From the IMG/VR virus record IMGVR_UViG_3300029247_000019: a stretch of DNA of 32,405 bases. The stretch is one strand, 5' to 3'. Position 1 is the first letter of the stretch, and the number at the start of each line of letters is the position of its first letter. Source of the stretch: a virus. The notes beneath the pieces are model-generated. The model was not told where the DNA came from. It ran no database searches and saw nothing but the letters and a program-made list of their open reading frames with translations. Both the position numbers and the translations under genes were made by a program. Of the stretch, positions 23,234 to 32,405 are shown in pieces.

Positions 23234-24061
23234 ATGAAGGACGGATATTGGGTAGTCAGAACATACGAAGCCGGGCAGGTCGGCGAGAAGACGAAGTACT
23301 TCGTTCTCGGTGATCGCACCCGGCGCAACAGACGCAAGGAAGAATCCAGCATCAAGAAGCAGGAGCAGAATGAATACTCCACGAAGAAGCGCCTTGCCCG
23401 TCTCATCAATGCGAACTTTACACACGGAGATATCCTCCTCGGTCTTGACTACTCCGATGCATCATACAAGAAGCTCGAGCGCTCCGCCCGAAAAGCCGCC
23501 CCAGATTATGACAGTCTGCCCGAAGAGGATCAACTGCGCTGCATCCGTGAAGCTGCCGCCCAGGAGATGGAGAACTATCTCCGCAGGGTGAAGCGCGCCC
23601 TCGAAAAGGAAGGCCGCGCCGATGAGCTAAAGTACATAGCGATTACATCCGACATGGACGGCGACACAAAGGAGACCGTGCGCGTTCATCATCACCTGAT
23701 AGTCCCGGCCTCATGCGAGCACATCGTCCGCATGAAGTGGGGACGCGGCGGCACGTACTGCAAGCCCCTGAGCAAGCAGGAGGATTATATGCCGATAGCC
23801 GAGTACCTGATAGCTCAGGTGCGCGGGACGCTCAACGCAAAGAAGTTCGTATCGTCCCGCAATCTCATCCGCCCGCAGCCGAAAGACCGCGTAGCCGTGA
23901 GCGACGCCGAGATCAGAGTGCCCCGCAACTGCAAGCTTATCCAGCGCGCAGAGTATAAGCGCGGCGCACCTCAGTACATCCGTTACATCCTGCCGGAGAA
24001 GAAAGCAGCAGACATAAGCAGCAGCGGCGGAGAGCCCGCCGCAGAAAGGAGCGAGACATGA
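23234..24061 (+). CDS. HUH-motif Rep-like protein (rolling-circle initiator-like conserved phage family)
   Basis: 275 aa, GAGGAGAG RBS. Motif-1-like RLINANFTHGDILLGLDYS. Motif 2 is ELKYIAITSD...VRVHHHLIV (HHH at 23687-23695). Motif-3-like Tyr residues in EDYMPIAEYLIAQ. Confidence 0.7.
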   Translation: MKDGYWVVRTYEAGQVGEKTKYFVLGDRTRRNRRKEESSIKKQEQNEYSTKKRLARLINANFTHGDILLGLDYSDASYKKLERSARKAAPDYDSLPEEDQLRCIREAAAQEMENYLRRVKRALEKEGRADELKYIAITSDMDGDTKETVRVHHHLIVPASCEHIVRMKWGRGGTYCKPLSKQEDYMPIAEYLIAQVRGTLNAKKFVSSRNLIRPQPKDRVAVSDAEIRVPRNCKLIQRAEYKRGAPQYIRYILPEKKAADISSSGGEPAAERSET

Positions 24062-24399
24062 AGAACAAAAGCAACATAGTTCACGATCGACTTTGCACAG
24101 ATTGCTACCGGAAGCTGGAGACGCTGTTCACACTGCACGACATCCCGCCCATCCGCCAGCGCGGAGGCCGGGGCAAGTGCGGCATCTGTGGTTTCCGTGG
24201 GGAGCTGACGGAGATCGAGTACGACAGAGTGAAAGACAAGCGGTCACCAGAAGAGCGGGCGCGGCTGCGCGCGGAGCTGAACGCCCCGCCGAAGACCCGC
24301 GAGGAGATCAGGCGGCAGGAAGAACCGGCGCCGGCACCGAAGGACTACGGCTTCACGCGACAGACATTCCTCGACCTCGCCGCGCTGGACAAGCTTTGA
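24058..24399 (+). CDS. Hypothetical zinc-ribbon protein
   Basis: 113 aa, ATGA overlap. CTDCYRKL...CGICGF. Confidence 0.65.
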   Translation: MKNKSNIVHDRLCTDCYRKLETLFTLHDIPPIRQRGGRGKCGICGFRGELTEIEYDRVKDKRSPEERARLRAELNAPPKTREEIRRQEEPAPAPKDYGFTRQTFLDLAALDKL

Positions 24400-24401
24400 C
24401 A

Positions 24402-24410
24402 GGGGGGGGG
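24402..24410 (+). repeat. G9 homopolymer in the translation-initiation region of the RinA-like gene
   Basis: The sequence is A GGGGGGGGG C GGGG AG ATG; the tract ends 7 nt before ATG 24418. Confidence 0.9.
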
Positions 24411-24417
24411 CGGGGAG

Positions 24418-24828
24418 ATGAGTAAAACGCGGTACAAGTGGTGGGGGTTCGTGAAATCCATCATCCGGGCATATCCAGCACATTGCAGCGAGCTTAAGGC
24501 GCTCCGAGCGCAAACGATCACGGCGAGGTACGGGGCGTCAACCGGGGGCAGCAGCGATACGCAGCGCACTGCGGAGGCTGTCGCACTCCGAGAACTTCCA
24601 CCTGAGGACATGCGCGAATATCGAGCAGTGGAGGCGGCGCTCCTGACAACGCGCCGAAACTGCGCGACGGCTGCGGAGCGCACGAAACTTATCAGCATGG
24701 TATTCTTCGAGCAGACGCACACCTTACAGGGCGCGGCGCTCGCCTTGAACGTGTCATATGGGACGGCCAAGAATTGGCACAACGATTTTATCAAGCTCAC
24801 GGCAAAAAAATACGGCCTGAATGTTTAG
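24418..24828 (+). CDS. RinA/ArpU-like late transcriptional activator (sigma-70 region-4-like)
   Basis: 136 aa. N-terminus YKWWGFVKSIIRAYPAHCSELKAL. Central GGSSDTQRTAEAVALREL. C-terminal HTH-like LQGAALALNVSYGTAKNWHNDFIKLTAKKYGL. Positioned just before the packaging genes. Confidence 0.65.
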   Translation: MSKTRYKWWGFVKSIIRAYPAHCSELKALRAQTITARYGASTGGSSDTQRTAEAVALRELPPEDMREYRAVEAALLTTRRNCATAAERTKLISMVFFEQTHTLQGAALALNVSYGTAKNWHNDFIKLTAKKYGLNV

Positions 24829-25057
24829 CCAAAAAAGCCATGAACAAGAGGTATGATATATATGCTCAGAAAGCGGCGGGAGATGAAAGAACCGCCGTCA
24901 GAAAGCTCATGGGCTCCATCTCGCCCATGGTGCGGCTCTGTCTCCCGTAGGATTAAAATTATGAAATGCAGACATGATGAACAATATCTGTCGCGCATGG
25001 CCACTGGCATCCTTTGCCGTCGATGCGGCCAGCGCTTCGTAGATAACATGGCACTGA

Positions 25058-25339
25058 ATGCCGACCGTTACAATGGACATAACGAACGAATACAAAACCG
25101 CACGCTGGAAAAGAACCAGAGAAAAAATCCTGAGGCGTGATATGTATATGTGCCGCGAGTGCAGACGCTACGGACGCCTCACTGAGGCCGCCGAGGTGCA
25201 TCACATCAGGCACGCCGACGCGGCGCCTGAGCTTTTCTACACGGAGAGCAATCTCGTGAGCCTCTGCAAAAAATGCCACAATAAGCAGCACCCGGAAAAA
25301 GCCCAAAATCGCTCCAATTCCGATAGAGGGAAATATTGA
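25058..25339 (+). CDS. HNH endonuclease (packaging-associated)
   Basis: 93 aa. YKTARWKRTREKILRRDMYMCRECRRYG...VHHI...NLVSLCKKCHNKQH. Lies adjacent to terS, as in HK97-like cos phages. Start could be 25058 or 25073. Confidence 0.85.
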   Translation: MPTVTMDITNEYKTARWKRTREKILRRDMYMCRECRRYGRLTEAAEVHHIRHADAAPELFYTESNLVSLCKKCHNKQHPEKAQNRSNSDRGKY

Positions 25340-25439
25340 TACCCCGCCCCGGTACGCACGCCCGCGTATCGCGCGCGCTTAATGGCGGGGGTAGCTTTCT
25401 CCAACTCTAAGGATTTTTACAGAAAGGGGGTAAACGCGA

Positions 25440-25799
25440 GTGACACGGAAAAAATGGCGGGAAGCCATATTGAACGATATGCGGCAGCTCGACATAGATT
25501 CAACCGGCTTTGACATCACGATAAACCTTGCTGCCGATACGCTCTATGAGCTCGATCGGGCACGCACCGCATACAAGAAAAGCGGATCTATCGCCGTGAT
25601 AGAGCACACGAATAAGAACGGGAGCACCAACAAAGCAAAGAACCCGGAATTGACAATCGTCCTTGACCTCAAATCCAAAGCCCGTGAATTTCTGGCCGAG
25701 CTTGGCCTGACCCCCGCCGCACAAAAGCGGTTGACAAACGATGCCCCCAAAAAGGAGAAGCTCAGTCCGCTGGCCAAAGCGTTGAGCGAGATAAAATGA
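25440..25799 (+). CDS. terS: Terminase small subunit (P27 family)
   Basis: 119 aa, GTG start after AAAGGGGG. C-terminal [18 protein letters not shown] is typical of the P27 family. Confidence 0.8.
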   Translation: MTRKKWREAILNDMRQLDIDSTGFDITINLAADTLYELDRARTAYKKSGSIAVIEHTNKNGSTNKAKNPELTIVLDLKSKAREFLAELGLTPAAQKRLTNDAPKKEKLSPLAKALSEIK

Positions 25800-27547
25800 G
25801 AGCAATCACCGGGCGGAATTGGGATGTGGTCCTTGAGTATGCCGAGAGCATACGCAGCGGCCGGAAATGCGCCTGCCCCGAGCTCAAGCAAGCGGTTGAG
25901 CGTTTCTTCCGAGACCTCGACGACTCAAGATATTACCTTGACCCTAAAGGCCCTGAGTTCTGCATTCAGATCATTGAAAAGACGATAGTCCACAAGCAGG
26001 GCGAGAAGCTTGACGGCACACCGCTTAGAGGAACACCGTTCCTACTGGAACCGTTCCACAAGTTCATCATCTACAACGTCGTCGGGTTCAAACTGACAGG
26101 GACGGATGTTGCAAGGTATCACGAAGCGCTGATCTTCATCCCGCGAAAGAATATCAAGACCACCTTTGCGGCAAGCCTGGCATTCGCTCTATCGCTATAT
26201 TACCGCAAGAGCGGGAGCAAGTGTTACATCGTCGGTGCGGCGCTGAAACAGAGCTTGGAAAGCTTTGAATTTCTGGAATACAACATCAAGCACATGGGCG
26301 AGGACGCCGCGAGCGGCGGGGCGGTAAAAATTATCAACAACAACAATGAGCATTCCTTAAGGGCGGAGCTGCCCGGCGGGGACGGCTCATTTTTCATTCA
26401 ATCCCTCGCGGCAAACCCTGACGCGCAGGACTCACTGAACTGCAACCTTGCAATCTGTGATGAGCTGCACGCCTATAAAAAGCCGAAGCAGTACAACCTC
26501 TTCAAGGAAGCCATGAAGGCCTATTCGAACAAGCTTCTGATCGGCATCAGTACGGCAGGGGATAACGAGCAGATGTTCCTTGGACAAAGGCTGAAATACT
26601 GCCGCAAGGTGCTTGAGGGGATAATCAGCGATGAGCAGCTGTTCATCTTCATGTGCTGCGCTCCGAAAGACCCGGAGACGGGGGAGGTGGATTTCACAAA
26701 CCCGATAGTCCATGAGATGGCAAATCCGGCCTATGGCATCAGCATACGCCCTGAGGAGATTCTCAACGACAGCATTCAGGCGCAGAACGACTCACAGCAG
26801 CGCAAAGATTTCTTTGCAAAAAGCCTGAACGTCTACACAAATTCCATCAAGGCGTATTTCAACATTGATGAGTTCCGCCGGTCCGATAAAAAGTATGACT
26901 GGACGCTCGACCAGCTACGGCGGCTGCCGATCAAATGGTACGGCGGCGCTGACCTCTCAAAGCTGCATGACCTCACTGCCGCCGCCCTTGTCGGCAACTA
27001 CAAGGGCGTGGATATCATTATCACGCACGCCTTTTTCCCGGTGGCTGTCGCCCACAGAAAGGCGGACGAAGATAACATTCCTCTGTTCGGATGGCAGGAT
27101 GACGGATGGTTGACCATGTGCAACGGTCCGACGGTCAACCATGCAGACATAATCAACTGGTTCGTCGAGATGCGCAAGAGCGGGTTCAAAATCGCCGCTG
27201 TCGGTCACGACCGCAAGTTCTGCAGGGAGTACTTTATCGGAATGAAGAAAGCCGGCTTCCGCGTCTTTGATCAACCGCAATATTTCTACAAGAAGTCCGA
27301 GGGCTTCAGATACATCGAGCACAGCGTCAAGAATGGCACACTGTACTATATGCACTCAGAAGCTTATGAATACTGCGTCGAGAATGTGTCAGCCATTGAA
27401 AAGACTGACGACATGATCGCCTATGAAAAAATCATGCCCGAGCTGAGAATTGACCTTTTCGACGCATCGGTATTCGCAGAGATCAGATATCTCGAAAGCC
27501 TCGAAAAGTCCGCGGACGCAAGTAACTGGTGGGGAGATAAACAATGA
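25796..27547 (+). CDS. terL: Terminase large subunit
   Basis: 583 aa. Walker-A-like [11 protein letters not shown], Walker-B-like [11 protein letters not shown]-terminal nuclease region. ATGA coupling to terS. Confidence 0.95.
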   Translation: MRAITGRNWDVVLEYAESIRSGRKCACPELKQAVERFFRDLDDSRYYLDPKGPEFCIQIIEKTIVHKQGEKLDGTPLRGTPFLLEPFHKFIIYNVVGFKLTGTDVARYHEALIFIPRKNIKTTFAASLAFALSLYYRKSGSKCYIVGAALKQSLESFEFLEYNIKHMGEDAASGGAVKIINNNNEHSLRAELPGGDGSFFIQSLAANPDAQDSLNCNLAICDELHAYKKPKQYNLFKEAMKAYSNKLLIGISTAGDNEQMFLGQRLKYCRKVLEGIISDEQLFIFMCCAPKDPETGEVDFTNPIVHEMANPAYGISIRPEEILNDSIQAQNDSQQRKDFFAKSLNVYTNSIKAYFNIDEFRRSDKKYDWTLDQLRRLPIKWYGGADLSKLHDLTAAALVGNYKGVDIIITHAFFPVAVAHRKADEDNIPLFGWQDDGWLTMCNGPTVNHADIINWFVEMRKSGFKIAAVGHDRKFCREYFIGMKKAGFRVFDQPQYFYKKSEGFRYIEHSVKNGTLYYMHSEAYEYCVENVSAIEKTDDMIAYEKIMPELRIDLFDASVFAEIRYLESLEKSADASNWWGDKQ

Positions 27548-28755
27548 GCAAAAAAAGAACACGAACAAAACAGGCACCGCGAGCCGAGCCCATGCAGGCA
27601 CGAAGCGCTGGCAGCGCGGCGTTTTTCTGCGACGCATCGAAATTCGACGATCTTGCTTGCCGGGGCTACATTAAGCTGAGCGACAGCCCGGAAATAAGCG
27701 CAGCTGTTGACACCATCGCACAGCTTGTAGGCTCACAGACCATTCACCTGATGCAGAACACGGAGCGGGGCGATATACGCGTTACCAACGCATTGAGCCG
27801 CAAGGTTGACATCAACCCCAATAAGAACATGACGCGCTCCAACTTCATCCGCTGGATAGTCAGGACGATGTATTACAGCGGCAATGCCGTCGCATGGCCG
27901 CGCACCAGAGCGGGCTATCTCGACGACCTGATACCGATACCGCCGGCATTCACCTCTTTCGTTCCCTACGGCGATTTTGACTATCGCGTGGTAATTGCCG
28001 GGCGAGAGTATGAGCCTGATAATGTGCTGCACTTCGCGCTGAATCCCGGCGAATATTACCCGTGGCTTGGCGTCGGTTATCAGATCCAGCTCAGTGATGT
28101 GGCAAACAACCTCAAGCAGGCGGCAACGACCGAAAAGGGCTTCATGTCCTCAAAGTGGAAGCCCTCAATCATTGTCAAGGTCGACGGCCTTGTTGATGAA
28201 TTTTCATCGCCCGAGGGACGTGAGAAACTGCTCAACTCATACGCAGCCAGCGGCGAGGCCGGTGAACCGTGGCTGATACCGGCGAATCAGTTTGAGGTGG
28301 AGCAGGTAAAGCCGCTTACGCTGTCTGACCTGGCTCTCGCAGACTTCGTGAAACTGGACAAGCGCACAGTTGCGTCGATATTGGGCGTCCCGCCGTTCGT
28401 CCTCGGCGAGGGCGAGTTTAAGCGCGATGCCTGGAACGCCTTTATAAACAGCCGGATCATGCCGCTGTCTCAGAATATCCAGCAGGTACTGACTAAAGGG
28501 CTGCTTTACAGCCCGGATATGTATTTCCGTTTCAATCCTCGCAGCCTGTATAACTACGACCTCAAAGATCTTGCGGCCGTGGCTGACGATCAGTATATCC
28601 GCGGAATAATGACCGGCAACGAGGTCAGGGACTGGCTCGGTTTGACGCCGCTTGAGGGGCTGGATATTCTCACGATCCTTGAGAACTTCATCCCTCAGAG
28701 CATGATTGCAAATCAAAAAAAGCTTATTCAGGGAGGTGAAACAGATGGAGAATAA
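27544..28755 (+). CDS. Portal protein (HK97 family)
   Basis: 403 aa, immediately after terL (ATGA overlap). Size and position are typical. Confidence 0.9.
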   Translation: MSKKRTRTKQAPRAEPMQARSAGSAAFFCDASKFDDLACRGYIKLSDSPEISAAVDTIAQLVGSQTIHLMQNTERGDIRVTNALSRKVDINPNKNMTRSNFIRWIVRTMYYSGNAVAWPRTRAGYLDDLIPIPPAFTSFVPYGDFDYRVVIAGREYEPDNVLHFALNPGEYYPWLGVGYQIQLSDVANNLKQAATTEKGFMSSKWKPSIIVKVDGLVDEFSSPEGREKLLNSYAASGEAGEPWLIPANQFEVEQVKPLTLSDLALADFVKLDKRTVASILGVPPFVLGEGEFKRDAWNAFINSRIMPLSQNIQQVLTKGLLYSPDMYFRFNPRSLYNYDLKDLAAVADDQYIRGIMTGNEVRDWLGLTPLEGLDILTILENFIPQSMIANQKKLIQGGETDGE

Positions 28756-29341
28756 ACCAACATTCTGCACACGCTTCATGCAGCCCTCAGCTGCTGAGTT
28801 CTCCGCGCGCGCGGAGGGAGAGGAACTGTACATAGAGGGCTATTTCGCGGTATTCGGAGCCAAATACTGGCTCTGGGAAGAGGCATACGAAACGGTCGAC
28901 CGCGGCGCGTTCACGGATCAGACAAAGGAAGATGTCCGCGCCCTGTGCAATCACGACACGACGCTTGTCCTCGGCAGAGTACCAGCGGGAACGCTTACAC
29001 TCCGCGAAGATGAGATCGGGCTTTGGGGCAGCATCCGGATAAACCGAGCTGATCAGGATGCTATGAACCTCTACGAGCGGGTCAAGCGCAGAGATGTGAA
29101 TCAGTGCTCTTTCGGGTTCGATATCCTTGACCAGGAGATCGAGCACACCGAGGGACAGCCGTCAGTGTTCCGCATCAAGCGCGTGCGCCTCTATGAGGTG
29201 TCCGTAGTAACATTTCCGGCCTATGAAGATACAAGTGTCGAGGCCAGAAAGGCCGAGCTTGCGACCGTTATCAAACGCAGAGTTGAAGAGAAGCGCAGGC
29301 TCGCACTCGAAAGACTGAAAGGAGTCAATTATGGCAATTAA
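28745..29341 (+). CDS. Prohead maturation protease (HK97 family, S78)
   Basis: ATG at 28745 after GGGAGGTGA. IEGYFAVFG...DRGAF...LCNHD...LREDEIGLWG...QCSFGF are family hallmarks. Confidence 0.9.
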   Translation: MENKPTFCTRFMQPSAAEFSARAEGEELYIEGYFAVFGAKYWLWEEAYETVDRGAFTDQTKEDVRALCNHDTTLVLGRVPAGTLTLREDEIGLWGSIRINRADQDAMNLYERVKRRDVNQCSFGFDILDQEIEHTEGQPSVFRIKRVRLYEVSVVTFPAYEDTSVEARKAELATVIKRRVEEKRRLALERLKGVNYGN

Positions 29342-31013
29342 AGCAATTATGCTGCGCAAGCGCATCGAACTGAAAAAGGCCGAGCTTGCCCAGCACAGGG
29401 AAAGAGCAAAAGAGTTTGAAACTCGCAAATCCGACATCACCGAGGCAATCGGTGAGGCCACCACTGAGGAGGAGATCGACGCTCTCAATGAGGGCATGGA
29501 TCAGCTTGAAACCGAGTGGAAAGAGCACGAGGAGACCGAAAATCGCCTCAGCGGCGAAATCGCGGCGCTTGAGCAGCAGCTCACCGAAGAGGAGCAGCGC
29601 GGCACGCCGCCCATCAACAACCCCGAGAGTGGGGCAAATACCGAAAGGAGCAATCATATGACCACCACCATCAACATCCGTTCTCTGCCCTTTGGCCAGA
29701 GAGTAATGGACGCGCTGCCTCGCCAGGAGCGCGACGCAATCATCGGGCAGGAGGATAGTAAAAACTTCCTCGCACAGCTGCGCAGCCTCAAGGGCGAGAA
29801 GCGCGGCGTCAGCGGCGGTGAGCTGACCATTCCTGTCGTGTTCCTCGACCTCATCGCCGAGAATATGTACAGATACAGCAAGCTGCTCAACCGCGTCCGT
29901 GTGCGCTCTGTTACGGGCACCACCCGTCAGACCATCGCGGGCACGGTCCCGGAAGCTGTCTGGACGGAGATGTGCGCAGCTATCAATGAGCTGACTCTGG
30001 TATTCAACCAGACCACGCTTGATGGCTACAAGGTAGCGGGCTTCGTACCTGTCTGCAACAGCCTGCTGGAGGACAACGACGTCAACCTCGCAAGCTGGAT
30101 CGTTGAGATGCTTTCCGAAAGCATCGGCCTTGCAATCGACAAGGCGATCCTCTACGGCAAGGGCGCAGCCAACAGTATGCCTCTCGGCATTGTAACCCGC
30201 CTTGCACAGCAGAGCAAGCCCGCCGGGTACCCGGCTGCCGCCCCTGCATGGGTCGACCTCCACACCAGCAACATCCTCAAGATCGATGCCAGCAAGACCG
30301 GCGCTGAGTTCTGGGCAGCCCTCCAGATCGCGGCAGGCGCCACGTTCACCCGTTACAGCCGCGGTAATCAGTTCTGGGCGATGAACAGCAAGACCTACGC
30401 GCTTCTCAAGTCCAAGGCAATCACTTTCACCGCATCCGGTGATGTTGTAGCCAATGTTTACGGCATCCTGCCCATCGTGACCGGCGATATCGACATTCTG
30501 GAATTCATCCCGGACGGCGATATCATCGGCGGTTACGGCGACCTGTACCTCTACGCCGACCGCGCGAGAATGACGATTGAGGAGAGCCGCGAGGTGCAGT
30601 TCCTCCAGGACAACACCGTGTTCAAGGGCAAGGCCCGTGCGGACGGTACGCCGGTCGTTCCGGGCGCGTTCGTTGCGATTAATATCAACGGCAGCGAAGT
30701 TACCACCGCAATGACGTTCGCAGCTGACACGGCGAACGACGCCGACCTTGATTCCCTCAGCGTCGGCACCGGCTCACTCAGCCCGGCCTTTGATGCGGCC
30801 ACTCAGAGCTACACGCTCTCTACCACGGCGGCATCCCTCGCAGTCAACGCAGCGGCGGCACAGATCGACGCAAAGGTAGCGATTAGCTACGGCGGAAAGA
30901 ATGTAGCCAACGGCGGCAACATTACCCCGACTGCCGGGGCGAGCACCCTCACCGTGACCGTGACCAATGGCAACGCGACCAAGGTGTACACCGTCGCGAT
31001 CACCAAGACCTGA
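29331..31013 (+). CDS. Major capsid protein (HK97 fold) with an N-terminal delta/scaffold domain and a C-terminal cadherin-like beta-sandwich domain
   Basis: 560 aa. ~105-aa coiled-coil N-terminus, HK97-like core. C-terminal ~90 aa reads LDSLSVGTGSLSPAFDAATQSYTLS...LTVTVTNGNATKVYTVAITKT. Confidence 0.9.
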   Translation: MAIKAIMLRKRIELKKAELAQHRERAKEFETRKSDITEAIGEATTEEEIDALNEGMDQLETEWKEHEETENRLSGEIAALEQQLTEEEQRGTPPINNPESGANTERSNHMTTTINIRSLPFGQRVMDALPRQERDAIIGQEDSKNFLAQLRSLKGEKRGVSGGELTIPVVFLDLIAENMYRYSKLLNRVRVRSVTGTTRQTIAGTVPEAVWTEMCAAINELTLVFNQTTLDGYKVAGFVPVCNSLLEDNDVNLASWIVEMLSESIGLAIDKAILYGKGAANSMPLGIVTRLAQQSKPAGYPAAAPAWVDLHTSNILKIDASKTGAEFWAALQIAAGATFTRYSRGNQFWAMNSKTYALLKSKAITFTASGDVVANVYGILPIVTGDIDILEFIPDGDIIGGYGDLYLYADRARMTIEESREVQFLQDNTVFKGKARADGTPVVPGAFVAININGSEVTTAMTFAADTANDADLDSLSVGTGSLSPAFDAATQSYTLSTTAASLAVNAAAAQIDAKVAISYGGKNVANGGNITPTAGASTLTVTVTNGNATKVYTVAITKT

Positions 31014-31030
31014 TCTGAAAGGAGCTGCTT

Positions 31031-31315
31031 ATGACGAACGACGAACTGCTCACGATGCTGAAGTATAACCTCAACAAGACCGCAGCGGCGCAGGAGCCGT
31101 ATCTTCAGCAGCTCCTTGAAGTTGCGGCGCATGAAATCCGCAGGGAGGGCATAAAAACCCTCTCTGCGGACAACCTTGATGACTGCAACCTGATCGTGAT
31201 GTATGCGGCGTATCTGTTTCGCAAGCGCGCCGAGGACAACCCGGTCATGCCGCGAATGCTCCGATATGCCCTTAATAACCGCCTGTTTGCGGAGAAGCTT
31301 GGAGGCACGACATGA
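31031..31315 (+). CDS. Head-tail connector (gp6-like)
   Basis: 94 aa, AAAGGAG RBS. LKYNLNKT...YLQQLLEVAAHEIRREG...IVMYAAYLFRKR pattern. Confidence 0.8.
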   Translation: MTNDELLTMLKYNLNKTAAAQEPYLQQLLEVAAHEIRREGIKTLSADNLDDCNLIVMYAAYLFRKRAEDNPVMPRMLRYALNNRLFAEKLGGTT

Positions 31316-31662
31316 CGCTTGACAGTGGCATCCTGACCGTGTGCAAGCTCAAGAACACAGCGGCAGCCGGGCAAATGCCGGTCATGCAGCTTGCACAGCA
31401 GTCGACTCATTACTACGGTGAGCGGACCGTGGGCTATAACAGGCAGTACGCGGCCATGGGCGTGAATCAGCAGATAGATATGCTGGTACGCATATGGCAG
31501 GACAGAGCCGTCAAGATCGGTATGTACGCCGTCCTCGAGGATGATTCACAGTACCGGATAGACAACGTGCAGCATCTGCTTGATAGTGACGGCTTGGAGG
31601 TTACAGACCTGACATTAAGCGCGCTGGAGGAGTTCTATGATGTCTTACCGGGAACGCCTTGA
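31312..31662 (+). CDS. Head closure / head-tail adaptor protein
   Basis: 116 aa, ATGA overlap. Position between the gp6-like and gp10-like genes. Confidence 0.7.
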   Translation: MTLDSGILTVCKLKNTAAAGQMPVMQLAQQSTHYYGERTVGYNRQYAAMGVNQQIDMLVRIWQDRAVKIGMYAVLEDDSQYRIDNVQHLLDSDGLEVTDLTLSALEEFYDVLPGTP

Positions 31663-31966
31663 AAGTATCGGTACTGCCCTCGCAGCGGCGGTACCGAACA
31701 CATACCACTATTTCCGCCCGAACCTCCAGCCCCCATTCTGCATATGGGCAGAAGAGAACGGGAACGGATTTACCGCCGACAACAAGACGGCTGAGCACGC
31801 GCTCACGGGCACTGTGGACTATTTCAGCAAGCAGGAATATGACCCGGCACCGGATGCCATAGAAAGCACCCTGGGCGGGTTGGGGCTCATCTGGGAGCTG
31901 AACAGTGTACAGTACGAAGATGAAACCGAGCTCATTCACCATGAATGGACATGGAGTATGCGCTAA
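31637..31966 (+). CDS. Head-tail joining module protein (hypothetical)
   Basis: 109 aa, GGAGGAG upstream. ATG at 31637 or 31640. Confidence 0.6.
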   Translation: MMSYRERLESIGTALAAAVPNTYHYFRPNLQPPFCIWAEENGNGFTADNKTAEHALTGTVDYFSKQEYDPAPDAIESTLGGLGLIWELNSVQYEDETELIHHEWTWSMR

Positions 31967-32405
31967 TGGCAACGATGAAGTTCACCGGCCTCGGCGAATA
32001 CCTCACGAAGCTCAGCGCGCTTGAGGGCGATGAGGAAATAATAAAGCGCGCCGTCTATAAAGGCGCGGCTGTGGTCGCAGATGCCATAAAAGCGGAGCTG
32101 GAGGGTTTGCCGACCATCACCAATGAAGAGGCCATGCACCGGTACAACTCACGAAACCCGTCGGCTTCATCTTTGCAGTACATAAGCGAGCCGCAGAAAA
32201 AGGGCTTGATTGACGGTTTCGGTCTCGCCCCAATCGAAAACACCGAGGATTATATCAGCACCAAGGCCGGATTTGACGGCTACAACGGAGTGAAAACAAA
32301 GCGCTGGCCGCACGGTCAGCCCAATGCGATGATAGCCCGTGCTGTCGTGAGCGGGACGTCATTCATGCAGAAAAATGATTTTGTCGGGCGTGCGACGCGC
32401 AAGGC
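31966..32405 (+). CDS. HK97 gp10-family protein, N-terminal part (runs off the window end and continues at 97-163 after the repeat is collapsed)
   Basis: TAATG overlap with the previous stop. MATMKFTGLGEYLTKLSALEG...KRWPHGQPNAMIARAVVSGTSFMQKNDFV is typical of the gp10 family. Confidence 0.85.
   Translation, partial: MATMKFTGLGEYLTKLSALEGDEEIIKRAVYKGAAVVADAIKAELEGLPTITNEEAMHRYNSRNPSASSLQYISEPQKKGLIDGFGLAPIENTEDYISTKAGFDGYNGVKTKRWPHGQPNAMIARAVVSGTSFMQKNDFVGRATRK
32310..32405. repeat. Terminal direct repeat copy 2 (identical to 1-96)
   Basis: Same 96 bases as the window start. Implies a 32309-bp circular or circularly permuted unit. Confidence 0.95.

Noticed and set aside
24853-25140. 95-aa + ORF between the RinA-like gene and HNH (possible start at 24862 after AAGAGG)
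   Set aside because: It is basic and low-complexity with no motif, and it overlaps the HNH gene by 83 nt. I could not distinguish a real small gene from non-coding spacer. Left unannotated.
29325-30263. 312-aa minus-strand ORF inside the major capsid gene
   Set aside because: Shadow ORF opposite a well-supported HK97-type capsid gene. No RBS and a junk-like composition.
1-32405. Search for tRNA, rRNA, CRISPR arrays, IS elements, reverse transcriptase/DGR or retron features
   Set aside because: I saw no cloverleaf-like segment, no regularly spaced exact repeats, no transposase and no RT motif (YxDD) in any plausible ORF.

Overview
The window is one complete, circularly closed temperate siphovirus or prophage genome. 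Bases 1-96 are identical to 32310-32405, so the unit length is 32309 bp and the HK97-gp10-like gene opened at 31966 closes at 163. The genome is modular:
- Tail module (174-8663, + strand): major tail protein, G/T chaperone with an A9 -1 slippery site, tape measure, Dit, Tal, BppU-like fibre.
- Lysis (9269-10558): cysteine peptidoglycan hydrolase, then holin.
- Lysogeny island (10687-14393, - strand): large serine integrase, hicAB, a membrane-anchored XRE protein, a CI-like repressor.
- Divergent immunity promoters (about 14418-14507).
- Early region of small ORFs (14561-23050): VRR-NUC, C5-methyltransferase, ASCH, Lar-like.
- HUH-motif Rep-like gene, RinA-like activator and HNH (23234-25339).
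- HK97-type packaging and head module (25440-32405).

Strong AGGAGG-type ribosome binding sites and the lysis gene types suggest a Gram-positive (Clostridia-like) host; this is inference only. No tRNA, rRNA, CRISPR or IS element was seen.

Most interesting observations:
1. The C5-methyltransferase locus has its canonical motif order split over two overlapping reading frames. A 245-aa nested +1 ORF has its own SD-ATG.
2. A duplicated 58-bp consensus-like promoter module drives two antisense genes embedded in the early operon.
3. A DUF2829/Tad2-like domain carries a Cys-rich insert and a membrane anchor.
4. An HUH Rep-like gene preceded by two strong hairpins is the only replication candidate.

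All functional calls come from motif recognition by eye. No database search was run.
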